Source: Pecten maximus (taxonomy: Eukaryota). From it: a stretch of 64,000 bases of DNA. The stretch covers positions 35,650,001 to 35,714,000 of the forward strand of contig NC_047028.1 in NCBI RefSeq assembly GCF_902652985.1, written 5' to 3'. Both the position numbers and the translations under genes were made by a program. Positions 39,950-53,285 of the stretch are shown piece by piece; the stretch's first letter is position 1, and every line of letters starts with the position of its first letter. Under the pieces are notes generated by a model that worked only from the letters and a program-made list of their open reading frames with translations, made no database searches and had not been told where the DNA came from.

Positions 39950-41267
39950 ATTTACTGATAAGTGTGACCATTATTGACCCCCAGTATACATATAGAAGAT
40001 TTCAAAGTCATTGGTTTCATTATTAACCTTTATATCCATATCGCTGTCTGCTGCTCGAACCGACATATTTATAGCCGGAGAACAGAGGGAAATCGGGCCG
40101 CTATTGAGAACTCTATTCTATAAATGAATGGACACTAAAATCGATTTTTTTTCTGCATACACATGTAAGTGGTCCCCGGGGTTAAACTCTGAGGTAGTCT
40201 AACAGAGAGACCTAGGTATCTGAATTTGCGATCCCAGGTATAATGACCTACGTCGATTACTCACCCCAGGGACAAACACTCACACACAAATAGTCAACGC
40301 TCTCTCGGTATTGCTACTGACAATCAAATTTTGGTGATTATTTAGGAACCATTGTTATTGTTTACATATTAATTAACGTCAGAGAAAAGACAATACATTG
40401 ATGTCGGAAATAAACAATTGTGACTGTGTAAATAAGTCAGGCGAAAAGCTATAGCAGGCAGAACAACAATGGCTCGATATTCTGTCATACCTTATTACAG
40501 TTGCTATTCCTAAACGTGACCTTTTCGGCAAAGTTGCAGTTCTAGTGAAATAATAATTTAGCAATAAGTTAACAATTTCAGGATTAAGATAGACCTGGAA
40601 AATTAGCATGTTCCGTCGCCATATTGCCTTTCGTCTCGGTTATTTTAGCGTTTGGTTAACCTCGTGAGAATTATACGTCTAAACGATATCACGGAAATGA
40701 TTTTGATGTGTTAAGCAATATTAAATGTAAAATGATATTTGTATTCATGTATATTGACACTGTTATATCAAGCAAATAGTTACTGAAAACTAGATTCTGA
40801 GAAATCGAGTAATTCTGTATTTTGTAGTGATAAAGAGATGGCCACAAGAGCGACTGGAATCGCGTTCCTTAGAGGGGACACACTAAAAAACCGTGCAAAT
40901 GACATGAAGTGACCTGAATGTCACATGTTCATAACAAGGTTTTTAAACGTATTTTGTTGAATAGAAGAATTTCATTCATTGATTCAGGCTCCGATCCTTA
41001 AGGTTTTACACGATTTAATGGTATGTGTTAACAAAACTTGTGTTATGGGTTTGCTGTTTGATAAACGTAGCCGATTGGAGGTTAATACAACACAAGTTTT
41101 TTAAAGGTGTGGAACTTTTGTAGCCCTTAGTTGGTTTGTGTATTTCTCCTCCAATTTACGTCGTGACCGTCACACATGCACTAATACAACCGAGTATAAC
41201 GATTGTAAGTCTATATACACTGACATACGTCAGCGTTTAGAAATAACCCCTTATTGACTGTTACGAG

Positions 41268-42062
41268 ACATGCGCCTCTACAGACTAGGTCAAAAGACAC
41301 AAACATGCAACCCTACAAATTAGGTCAAAAACATAAACATGCACCACTACAAACTAGGTCAAAAGACACAAACATGAACCCCTACAAATTAGGTCAAAGC
41401 ACAAACACGCACCACTACAAACTAGGTCAAAGCACAAACATACACCCATACAAACTAGGTCAAAAACATAAACATGCACCCCTACAAACTAGGTCAAAAG
41501 ACACGAAACATGCACCCCTACAAATTAGGTCAAAAACACAAACATGACACGCAACCCTAGAAACTAGGTCAAAACACGAACATGCACCCCTACAAACTAG
41601 GTCAAAAGACACGAGACAGGCACGCCTACAAACTAGGTAAAAAACACGTGACACGCAACCCTAGAAACTAGGTCAAAAGACATACACATACACCCCTACA
41701 AATTAGGTGAAAAGACACGAAACATGCATCCCTACAAACTAGGTCAAAGGACACGAACATGCACCCCTACAAATTAGGTCAAAACACAAACATGCACCCC
41801 TACAAATTAGGTCACAAGACACAAACATGCACCCCTACAAACTAGGTCACAAGACACAAACATGCACCTCTACAAACTAGGTCAAAGGGCACGGGACACA
41901 TCCAATAAATTAGGTCAAATGGCAAGGGACATACTTCCCTACTAACTAGGCTTAAAGATACGAGACATGACCCTACAAACTAGGTCAAAGGGTACGGAGT
42001 ATACATCCCTTCAAATTAGGTCAAAGGATGCGGAACATACACCCCTACAATTTAGGTCAAAT
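41268..42062. repeat. Degenerate 33-39-bp minisatellite with conserved AAA(C/T)TAGGTCA core, ~23 copies
   Basis: catgcacccctacaaa(c/t)taggtcaaaagacac-like units. Confidence 0.93.
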
Positions 42063-42989
42063 GGCGAAAACAACAATGGAATATATCACGTGTCTGGCCC
42101 AGGGAGGAATGTTATGATTATTGATATGTATATTTAATGTATAACTGATTACTGCATCGGAATATTAAAATAACGCATGGCAATGCCCATGGGGTATGTG
42201 ACAAATATGAAAAATGTGAACCAGCAAGTAAATGAATCTCAGTCTGCAATTTTTCGGTGTGTCGAGGGCAGTAGCCCGGATGTGTCACTGTACAACATCC
42301 GATCAATGTACGGCCGTATCTCTGTACGACTTTATCGCCCTGCCATCTGTTGTCTCTGCAGCCCTGTCGTGAGTACTAACAAATCTCCCCGAGGAGATAC
42401 ACACGACATTTATAATCTTATAAACCATCTCTCTCTCTCGTTTTGAAAATTAAATCGCTATTTATATCTCGTTACTTTCGTGTATGTATTGTATGTATAG
42501 TATTTGTTTGGGGGTGGGGTGGGGGATGGTGCTGTTGTTGTTAGGGACGAGATAGGGGTAAAGGTTTGGAATTATTGAGAAAGGGTTAATATATATATCA
42601 TATCATATTAATTGTGCAATTTTCAGAAAAACATGTCTTCCTTTATTTTACCTCCAGGGTAACCCAGTTAACCGAAACTAAATACTTCTTACATCATTCG
42701 GGCCACTGTGTGAAAGATACGTATATTTAGAAAACAAAAATGATTTGACGTCGGCAGAAATGTAAAAAAAAAAAAAAAAAAATTGTCCACATTTAAGATG
42801 TATCGAGTGATGACCTTAGATTGCGACACTATGATGAAGGTTTGCTATCGTTCTGTCTGAATTATTGATCAAATATCACTCCACATATTAGATCGGCAAC
42901 ATTTGACACAGATTTTATCAGCTGTAGTAGTATAGGTGATTATGGTGTTAGGGAGACACGAGGTTTATCTGTCATCGGTTTAGCAGATA

Positions 42990-43300
42990 GTGCGGTATTG
43001 TGATATTTACATAAAGTGCGGTATTGTGATATTTACATAAAGTGCGGTATTGTGATATATTTACATAAAGTACGGTATTGTGATATATTTACATAAAGTG
43101 CGGTATTGTGATATTTACATAAAGTGCGGTATTGTGATATTTACATAAAGTGTGATATTGTTATATTTACATAAAGTGCGGTATTATGATATTTACATAA
43201 AGTGCGGTATTGTGGAGTGAAAAAAGTGCGGTATTATGATATTTACATAAAGTGCGGTATTATGATATATTTACATAAAGTGCGGTATTGTGATATTTAC
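42990..43300. repeat. 26/28-bp minisatellite, ~11 copies
   Basis: gtgcggtattgtgatatttacataaa. Confidence 0.95.
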
Positions 43301-43869
43301 AAATTATTTGGGGTTTGAAGAACAATTTTCATTGATGCAAGAAATTCTAATGACATTCATCTTGTACGTTAGAAAAGGTACCTGCCGATTTGAGTAACTG
43401 AAGCTACTTTACGGTAGTGATGACGAAACAAATTTCAGAGGTCATAGTTCAATATTTTCCTGGAAGGCAAAGATCATGGACAGCTGAATCGCAGCATAAA
43501 TATCTGGTTAATATTCATAGATAAAATATATAAGCTCATATTCCTACTATATGGTAGGTGTGGGGCTAATATGTTTATAACATTTTTTTTTTTTTTTTTT
43601 TTATGAATGCTAACCAGTTGCAGGCGCCTGTGGTCGTCAAATTAACAAATATATCTCAACAAAGTCTATGTGAAGGATTTGATGGCAAGAAGTGATATAT
43701 TGGGTTTTATAGTCACGAATTGGCAATAACTTGGTATATACATGTATATATATATATAGATAGATACGTCAGTTATCTGGTAGATATTAGTTACCGAGTT
43801 GTATTAGATATGATTCAAATTTCCTGAATTATCATTGGCTAAAATAGAGTCACATGGAAGTTAATATTT

Positions 43870-44300
43870 TCAGATACTAACCTGATTTATTTTTTATTGA
43901 TTTGTTTTAGAAACACTGAGTCAATATTTCATTGATGACGTCATAATCATTGTGATGTCACAATGCCCCAATGTAGATTTCAAGATAAGTTTTATGCAAT
44001 TCCACCCTAACCATATCTAATATAAAAATTGAGAACCTTTGGTTCGGTTAATACGATCTGGTATCTAAACTATTGATAGTAACACCATATTAACCTCCCA
44101 AAAGGTTAATAATTGATAAATAATATCAACCTGATGTTTCTATTTTTAGAAACGCCAAATTATTATGGCGTTTATGACGTTATAATCATTGTGACGTCAC
44201 TATGCCCTAGTGTATATTTCCTGATATCAAAATGAATATAATGGAAACAAATTTCAAATCTAATATGAAAATAAGTACCTTTGAATCGGTCAATATGGTG
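43870..44300. repeat. Old two-copy ~240-bp tandem duplication (probably an internal transposon repeat)
   Basis: ttttagaaac...atgacgt(c/t)ataatcattgtga(t/c)gtcac(a/t)atgccc at ~43905 and ~44145. Confidence 0.6.
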
Positions 44301-45462
44301 TCATTACGAACCTTGTAGAATCTAAAATGTTGATAACGGCTAATATTTGAGTCTTACAGGTTGGTATAACACTATATCAACCTCACAAATGGTCCATAAG
44401 TATTTCAATGCAGCAGATGGCCGCGGATTTTGTTCGATCGAAATTCTCTCGGTTGACAGATATTATACATTGATACCTTTGTTAACACTTTCAACGTAAA
44501 ATAAATACACAGTTAAACATATCGTATTACACATAGTGTCCTGTAAAATGTAAACTCCTTCTTGTGATGGATATTATTGACGTTCATGGTCGGATAAACA
44601 TGACGACTGGAGTATCCTTCTGTTTAAACAGATGCCGACCAGGTGTTAAATGACATCTCTATCCAGGTACACACAGGGACCTGAGAAGTTGTTACAGTCC
44701 AAGTTTATTTGGACCTTCCCTTGTGTGCACATTTTCACCCTGGTGGTGATGGTGAAGATGATGGTGGTGGTGTGTGTGTATGTTGGGTGGGTGGGTGGCG
44801 GTGGGGTGGGGTGGGGTGATGAGGGGGAATAGGGATACGTAACCTTAAGAGGTCACAAAGGTCACACATATATTGTTTGGTTTTTAATCGGCACATTCTT
44901 TGAAATATATCCTCGATATGACGTCCCATAAGTGATGATATACAAAATTGAAATCCTTCATTTTAATATCGGTAGACCTTTGTAGTATAACGTTAAACTA
45001 TTAATTTGGAATAAAAGAAGAGCGAAAATTGTTTTGTTTTCCCCTGAAATCCCAATATTTACGTAAATGTTGTATAATAAGAAAAAAATCTGATCTTCGC
45101 TTCTTCATCCCAGCCATCAAAATCCAAACTGAACCCCTGTGTAAGACCCCGCCGGATAAACAGCGGACACATGTACACGTAGCGCCGGCGCGTAACGGTG
45201 GAATTTAGTTTGAAACTCTATATATCTGAGTTTATAGTCTACATTGCAGACGGCTATTGAGGTTGTACAGCGGTAACGTGCCGGCTATTAACTAGGACTA
45301 GATACTGTGACTGATAGCATCTGTTTGGATTTACATTGGCACATATGGCTGAGAGTACAACCTCTGGTCAGACCCCAGCCGTGCCGGACACTCGGATCAC
45401 GTGGAGCAAACATGAGACTTTGATATTCACGTGCTCGTTTGAAAGAGCATTTGGAAATACTC

Positions 45463-46197
45463 TAGACTGGCTCCCTGTCTCTAGAATATTAAAATCATAA
45501 ATGAAATTGACCTTTATGATTTTGGTCACTAGGATATGTCCGATTCCTAAGTTTCAAACTAGGGGGAGATAATCTAGTACTAAAATTTAGAGGAGCAGTT
45601 CTAACAAAAAACTTAGGGGCTGGTAGCCAGTCTAAAAAATACCTATACATACAATGTAGTAAACTGGCCACCAGACCCCAAGTTTTTTTCGGCATAGCCG
45701 TATAATGTTCTTTTGGGCCCGGATATTACGCGACAGGTGGCGTTACTGGTCAGGATGAAGTATGTGATTGGTCAATGTAGCGGTAAATGCAAAATTCTGA
45801 CATGCCGTTAAAAACGAAACAAAGTTAACATTGAATGTGAGCTGAATAATTGGATGTATTTTTTTTTCAAATGAGACATTAAAATTATATTCCTGATTCA
45901 AATAAAGTCTTATTATCACCAAAAATGATTCAAACTTATTTGTTATCATTGCTGAAACGCATTAGTTCGTTAATTTATTTCAGCAGCAATTTTACATTAT
46001 TACCACCAGAATTAAAACTACGCCGTTTATCTTTTTTAAAGATATTTCTTGTTTGTTGAGAATTGCCATGCTAAATTCTAATACAGGGTTATCTCCCCCT
46101 AGTTTGAAACTTGAAACCAAGAATCAGACATATCCTAGGGATCAAAATCTTAATTTTGTTTATAATGTTAATGATCTAGAGACCGAGGGCCAGTCTA
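45463..46197. mobile_element. Non-autonomous DNA transposon with imperfect ~110-bp TIRs starting TAGACTGG (possibly Academ-like)
   Basis: tagactggc...tctctaga mirrors tctagaga...gccagtcta. Perfect 24-bp inverted match aagtttcaaactagggggagataa (45549-45572 vs 46089-46112). TSD not clear. Confidence 0.65.
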
Positions 46198-46544
46198 ACA
46201 ATGTAGATTTATCGGTATAGTATCTGCTTTTCGCGCCCAGATGTACAAATATTAGTACATGTATTTATGATCTGGTGTAAGCTTATTAATTAACTAAAAC
46301 AACTAATTACTGTATGCTGTGGTAGTAACACACTTTTGTAAGAACAGTATATTACTCTCCAGATACGAAAATATACATCTGGTGTGGTGTTTCGTTTTCT
46401 TTACTTCAAACAGATATCAAATGGCTTCTTCAAACTAAATATGTATATGTATTTCCTTTATGAATAATTAATTCTATAACAAGATAATATTAATTACAAG
46501 ATAATTTATTTGATTACATCGCGGTTATTACGATATTACGTATA

Positions 46545-46950
46545 ATATAGCCAGTTTGTATCTACTTTATATCCATCGAAGTTCATCTGTATTCTAATTT
46601 ATATACAGTGAAGTCCGTGTTCGCGTCTATTTTATATCCAGTGAAATTTCCGCGTCTATCTTATATTCAGTGAAATTCGACCGCGTGTATTCTCTATCAA
46701 GTGAAATTTCCGCGTCTATCTTGTATTCGGTGAAATTCGACCGCGTGTATTCTCTATCCAGTGAAATTCGTCGAGTTTGTTCTCTATACAGTGAAATACG
46801 ACCACGTTTATTCTTTATCCAGTAAAATTCCTCCGCGCCTATTTTATTTACAGTGAAATTCGTCCGCGTTTAATTTGTATCTGGTGAGGGCCTTCTGCGT
46901 CTAATTTATATCCAGCTATTTTCATCTTGGGCCAGTCCGCGTCTTATTTA
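46545..46950. repeat. Degenerate ~30-bp tandem repeat
   Basis: cagtgaaattcgaccgcgtgtattctctat-like units. Confidence 0.75.
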
Positions 46951-47734
46951 TGAAGTCCATACACTTGTAATAGTCCATACCTATCTTACTTTGATTTGTA
47001 TCCAGTTACGTTGGTATACATATAATTTGATACAGTATACGTAGACAATCACATGTAAACACCAATGCATACATCCTCTATAATTCTGTTTGTTCCTTTG
47101 GACGATCGACTGGTCAGTCGGCCACTACACGCTCGGACACCAGCTGTCCGTGATGACCGTGTACGTACAGTAGCTGGACATCCTGCCGGCGGCCGCTGGA
47201 CACATAATTGATGTTATAAATTACAGGTTTACAGGGATCGTGTCCCCAACTCAGATTATTGATACTTGACAAACAATTCATTAGTTGCTAAATAACCATG
47301 AATACAATGTCTATCGATATGATGGCATCTTATTGCTCTCTATAGTCGTTATCGGCCAGCCAATTTACATGGAAATTGCTCGTCTGTACTTGGATTAATA
47401 GTCGTTCTAATAAACCAGCTGCTTGAGGATCCAACCAACACAAGCGTCCGTTTCATAATGTGTTGCCCGCTGATTTGATCATTTTCGTTGACTTTATTTC
47501 AGTTGAAATTACGTACTGTAGGTATTGTATTTTCAAACAGTTTTTTTTTCTCGGTTTTGGAGGTTAGTATACATTCGCGAAAATATTTCAACTGAAAAAC
47601 TATCGTCATTTCAGAATTGTAGCGAGAAGTGAACCACTGCCATTTTATTTCGTAAAATATTAAATGACAGAACATGTAAAATACACGTAGATTGGCATAA
47701 ATAATGGGAGAGACGCTCGTTTATATTGGTTAAC

Positions 47735-48210
47735 AGATCAGGAGATAGACCTGGAGAAACGTGTGATAAACTGCGATAATAGTGAGACAAACATGAATAA
47801 CCTTGATACAGACAGGAAGATTTGTGAAACAGGCCGTCGTAGATTCCAAGATTGAGCGGATCCTGTGGCAAAAAGACCGATAGAATCGTAAGACGGATCG
47901 AGAGAGTCGCGAGAAAAACTGCGATAATCGTGAGACAGACTGAATAATAGTGAGACAGACTGCGATAATCGTGATACTGACAGATATAATCGTGAAACAA
48001 ACCGGGATAATCGTGAGACATACAGGTGTAATCGTGGGACAGACGGGGGAATCGTGAGACAGACCGGGATAATCGTGAGATAGGCAGGTGTAATCGTGAG
48101 ATAAACCGGGAGAAACGCGAGACAGACAGGTGCAATCGTGAGACAAACCGGGATAAACGTGGTATAAAGCAGGAGAACCGTGAGAGATACCAGTGTGAAC
48201 CGTGAGACTG
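47735..48210. repeat. Degenerate ~21-bp tandem repeat
   Basis: taatcgtgagacagaccggga-like units; these explain the SRL/SHD-rich minus-strand ORFs. Confidence 0.75.
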
Positions 48211-48554
48211 TTTGGAGGAACTTGTTCCCGTCAGATCTATGGTTTTTATACAACAGATAGACTTCCAGGGAGCGATCGGACGTGTGTGGCAGACCAGAAG
48301 AGACCCGGTACTCCGGGAGATATGTACGAGAGACAGGAACTTCACTGACGGTCGCCTGATGACGCGTCACTCGACGTCATCTCTCCTGGTTGTATTGATC
48401 AATATAAATTCGTGTGTAGCGCTTCTTTTCCGCTGGGTCGGAGTTGTCGGCAATTCTATATATCACACAATGGAGTGTGGTAACAAGCAGCGCTGTCCAA
48501 AGACCGCATTATACGGGAGGCGGAAGTTTTTCTGATAATACACGTTGTTTAGCT

Positions 48555-48631
48555 CTGTCGCCGGGGAGCTTGTCAGGGACCTGACGAGTCAGATCACTGT
48601 CGCCGGGGAGCTTGTCAGGGATCTGACAAGT
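48555..48631. repeat. Two-copy 42-bp tandem duplication
   Basis: ctgtcgccggggagcttgtcaggga(c/t)ctgac(g/a)agt occurs twice. Confidence 0.9.
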
Positions 48632-50624
48632 TAAAGCCTCTACCAGTGACAATCAGAACACTATCGGAATTTTCTGCCTTCTTGATTATTTCTTTTATCA
48701 GGTAGTCTATTGGAAAGAAATCTATACATTTATATTGCCTGTACAAGCTGTAGTCTTTTCGGCCTATATATACATGTTAAAGAGACCAAGCGTAAACAAA
48801 CTTTACTGGTGGAATATTGGTACCATGCCTGGTGTTTCATCAATTCAGACAGCATTGAGCCCAAACACATCAGCATGCGTTTTATCTCGACAGTAATCAG
48901 AAGCATGTTGTTATTGCGACGTTGCCTCGCTCTTCAACGTGCTTTTCGCTGAACAAAGGCGGAGAGACACGATTATCCTGTTTATTTGTCAGGGACAAGC
49001 AGACAATGCTTTGTACGGGGACATCTGATGGCTAGATTGATTTTGAACGACTTGACATTGCGTGTAATTTCGGAGAATCAAATCTTTGGATATTGGGATT
49101 TTAACTATGTATTTGTGGGTGGCCTTATGAAGAACAGAAAGTGGGTCGATTGATTCCGGACTGAAGTGTATGCTAATCGTTTAATGGAATATACATATGT
49201 GTGTGTGTGACAGCACGTGTGCTGCCATAACCAACACTTCTGTACAAGCGGAAGTGACGTAGACTAAATTTCACCCGGAAGTGACGTTTAACTACTGAAA
49301 CTTGTACACTCTTTACATATAAATTATTTGTGTTGAAATCGACCAAAGGCTTAACTTTGAATGTATTCCTATGTATCAATCATGTGTTTCGGAAACGGCA
49401 TACTTAATATTTTAATATGGTTTATAATAATCATTTGGTTTTTGGTAATGAATTCCTGGATACTTTCGCTGTGTACTTTCCAATCAAACATGTTTATAAT
49501 TTCTTAAACTGTTTCGTTTAAAACCAACCCCCAAGCTTCCTGTATGTCGGCTTTTGACTTAAACATATGATATTGTCCAGAATTGGTACAGAAATTTGGC
49601 ACACGTTTTAGCAACTTATGAAGCCATCTCCTATCAACAGAATGTTTTTTTTTATATATATATGCAGGTGATGACATACTGTACACAATTAATGCCAAAT
49701 TTAACAACGGAAAGATGTCAGGTACATGTAAATTGTAATGAATATATATATAAAGTTTATATACAAAATCTTCTGCTGGATTTAATGAAATACTGCACAT
49801 GTTCAACTACATTGCACTTTACATCCAAAGCTAGGTTTTCGTTGCCAAAGGGTAACTGATTTAAGCTTATTTGCATATTTAGGTTATTAAAAGCTTGAAG
49901 CATTACTGCACGAGCATTTGAATAAATTCGGCTCACAAAAAGAAATGATAAGCATTTCCAGATTGGTACCCGAATCGGCGGTATCATACGTAGAGAGATT
50001 TGTACATAAGTGGCGCATATCATAGAAACCTGGGGGGTTATAAGAGCCACATTTTAAGGAACAAATTACAACATTCCAGTTTATTTTCAGTGTTTGATGT
50101 GGAGATACATTTCGTGCACAAGAAAATGAATACATAAATTAAGAACATATATGTTTTCCTCGTCAGTATAGATGAATAATATACATGTAATCATATATAA
50201 GCACAAGAAAATGAAATTATGAATTAGGAACATATAATTCTTGCTTATGAGTATAGGTAAATAATTATATATATTTTCTAATGTCCCTTTGAAGTAGATG
50301 TCAGAAGGCTAATTAGTGTGAATAGGTTTGTTTATTATTGTATTCATTTTATGGAAAATATTTACTGAAATCAGCTGAAGATTATTGGCAAAAACCCCAG
50401 GAAAAAACGAATATTTTCATCAGGTTTTTTTTATCCGGAAAAATAAATCTAAGAAAAAGAATGTAAAACTCCGGGGTCCCGATCAAAAAATCCCCTACAA
50501 CAAAAAAGGAAAGCATGCTAGTCGAAAGGCATTGATGCATATATATAAATGTTGACTCGAGAGGAGGAATTATTACTCTGATCTTTTTTCCTTCTCCGGA
50601 GAAAAAAACCCTACCACGTACCAG

Positions 50625-50732
50625 GCAGTAGTTCCTTCTGCCGCTTAGCGCTCAATTTTGTTTGTTTGTTGTTTCGGCCGTCATAATTAATGTACTGGGT
50701 GTGGTGCGTTACAGGATGTCTTCGGCAGTGTG
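50625..50732 (+). mobile_element. Degraded fragment of the Meta-like SINE family
   Basis: gtagtt...cgcttagcgctca and tgtcttcggcagt match the minus strand of the 13618-14130 element. Confidence 0.5.
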
Positions 50733-50949
50733 AGGAGACAGGGACTGACTGGATATATATTCTATGTAATTGTAGATGTGTGATGTCGATGAGATGTATA
50801 CTCCCAAGAGTAATAAAGGAATTAATGGAATAGCATTAGGGAAAAAAGCTTTATGAAAGCAGAGAAAAGATAGATCTCAAACAGTCGTCGCTAGTGAATC
50901 ATGCGATGGGACGCAGGTACAAACAATTGTTTACGCCCCACCTGCAGTG

Positions 50950-51415
50950 CAGTGATTGTTAGGGCGTGCGTCGTTCATCCGTAAGCAATTAATTATTTCA
51001 ACTTCTTCTCAGGAACCCCTGAACAAATTTACATCAAATTCTGTATAAACTATATGTCTTCACCCCAAGGAGCCTGATGGACAAGGCAAAGGGGGGTCAA
51101 ATCTACTGAAATTCCAAAAATCTTCTTCTCAAGCCCCAGATATGGAAGAATCAAATATTCTGTATAGATGGAATGGTTTTAAGGTTCTTTACCAACATTG
51201 GGAATTTCATGACCGCGGGGTCACACGTTTGCACGTGGTGAGGGTGTGAAATTTACTTACAAGGGAAGTTTCAGTTTTGAGCCTCCTTTATTTGATTGTC
51301 ATTGAAAATCGTTTAAACTTGGTAGTTATAAGTATGGAATGTCAGATTGATAATATAGACACATTGGCGGCGGACCCTAGGGGGCTGATGGGCCGGCCGA
51401 AATAGGTCAAATTGA
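50950..51415 (+). mobile_element. Helentron-associated (HINE)-like non-autonomous element fragment
   Basis: cgtcgttcatccgt, then repeated cttcttctca...aaattt/aaacttgg and gggtca motifs, resembling the internal repeats of bivalve HINEs (recognised by eye). Confidence 0.45.
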
Positions 51416-52638
51416 CATTGGAACTCATGGTACCATTAATACCATGGGACTCCTGCTGATGTGTTTTAACAAAAACACTTTTGTATTTGTTGAGAACGGC
51501 ACAAAAGACACACAATGTATTAACATATTTCAAAACAAATTAAGAGTAGAGCCAAAATCAGTTAAAACCATACAGGTTTCGCTGGTTTAAGATGTCCTTT
51601 GATAACGCATTTTGTGTTTAGGGTTGCTGTTGAAACTGAGTAATGTGTTTGTAAAATTCCATAAAATGAAACCAGGTAGAAAAGATATCACCATTATTCT
51701 GTTCTCGGTAATAAAACAGAAGGAAATAAACAGAAAAAAATGAATCAAAATGGTCGAGTTTATTATCATGTTGAATTTAGTATCCATAGAGTCGTCAGGA
51801 GCCGGCTTTCAGAAAGGTTGATTAATTATAATGTGCCGTACGTAATCTAATTTCCATAACAACCAGCAACGCAGATACTCGGGATTAGCGGTTTAATAAT
51901 CTAGATTACGGACTTGTACTGTACATATATCATTATCTCATTAATTTGGCCATCTACCTACTGTATATACAAATACGACCGTTTCCTACGGTGAAAATAA
52001 GATGCCATGCTGTCTAGCGCGAGACTTTTCTGCCGAGAGCGGGGGTTCTCTATTCTATATCAGTTGATGACGTAGGTCCTATACTATCATGGTCACGTGG
52101 TCACGGTAAATATATCCTATAGTATATCTAACTCGTTGTATACCCTTTACGCACGACTACAATACAATAATGGCGGCCAATTAGTCTGTGTTTACAGTAA
52201 TACCAAGGATATGGTGTTGAACATCAGAGGCGCAGAACTTCTACGGTATCAACTCTACCTTGTGGAAGAGTGTATGAATATATATTTTCAGTCAGTTACA
52301 TACCATGTACTCTATATTGACTTTACGGAGGATGCAACCATGAGTTACATTGTTCCTTTCATGCCATTTCGTATTCATGTTTTGAGATGAAGAGCAGACA
52401 ATATCAAAATTATTTGAAAATATTTTTTGTCGTCATCGTTTTATAGCTCTTTCCACGCTAAATGGTTCTTTTGAAATATATGCCGCTTACAACCTTTTTT
52501 TCAATGATTTGAGATGACTGGAAGAAGTTCATTGGTATATTTATAGCTCTGATGCTACCTCACCAGAACATTATTGCGACCGAGAAACATCCTGTATACC
52601 TGTCTGTAGAAAGCGCATTCTGGTGTTTATACGAGTGA

Positions 52639-53285
52639 GTTGGAGGGCGTACACGTTAGGTGTGGTACGTGTGTTGGAGGGCGTACACGTTAGGTGTGGT
52701 ACATGTGTTGGAGGGTGTACACGTTAGGTGTGGTACGTGTGTTTGAGGGCGTACACGTTAGGTGTGGTACGTGTGTTTGAGGGCGTACACGTTAGGTGTG
52801 GTACGTGTGTTGGAGGGCGTACACGTTAGGTGTGGAAGGTGTGTTGGAGGGCGTACACGTTAGGTGTGGTACGTGTGTTGGAGGGCGTACACGTTAGGTG
52901 TGGTACATGTGTTGGAGGGTGTACACGTTAGGTGTGGTACGTGTGTTGGAGGGTGTACACGTTAGGTGTGGTACGTGTGTTGGAGGGCGTACACGTTAGG
53001 TGTGGTACATGTGTTGGAGGGTGTACACGTTAGGTGTGGTACGTGTGTTGGAGGGCGTACACGTTAGGTGTGGTACGTGTGTTGGAGGGCGTACACGTTA
53101 GGTGTGGTACATGTGTGTTGGAGGGCGTACACGTTATGTGTGGTACGTGTGTTTGAGGGCGTACACGTTAGGTGTGGTACGTGTGTGTTGGAGGACGTAC
53201 ACGTTAGGTGTGGTACGTGTGTTTGAGGGCGTACACGTTAGGTGTGGTACGTGTGTTGGAGGGCGTACACGTTAGGTGTGGTACA
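52639..53285. repeat. 34-bp minisatellite, ~19 copies
   Basis: gttggagggcgtacacgttaggtgtggtacgtgt. Confidence 0.98.

Noticed and set aside
47611-48370. 244-aa and 210-aa minus-strand ORFs
   Set aside because: They overlap in several frames across a degenerate 21-bp repeat and show no recognisable domain.
48710-48952. PHD-finger-like CxxC...WYHAWC in an 80-aa ORF
   Set aside because: The spacing is wrong and the other zinc ligands are missing; likely chance.
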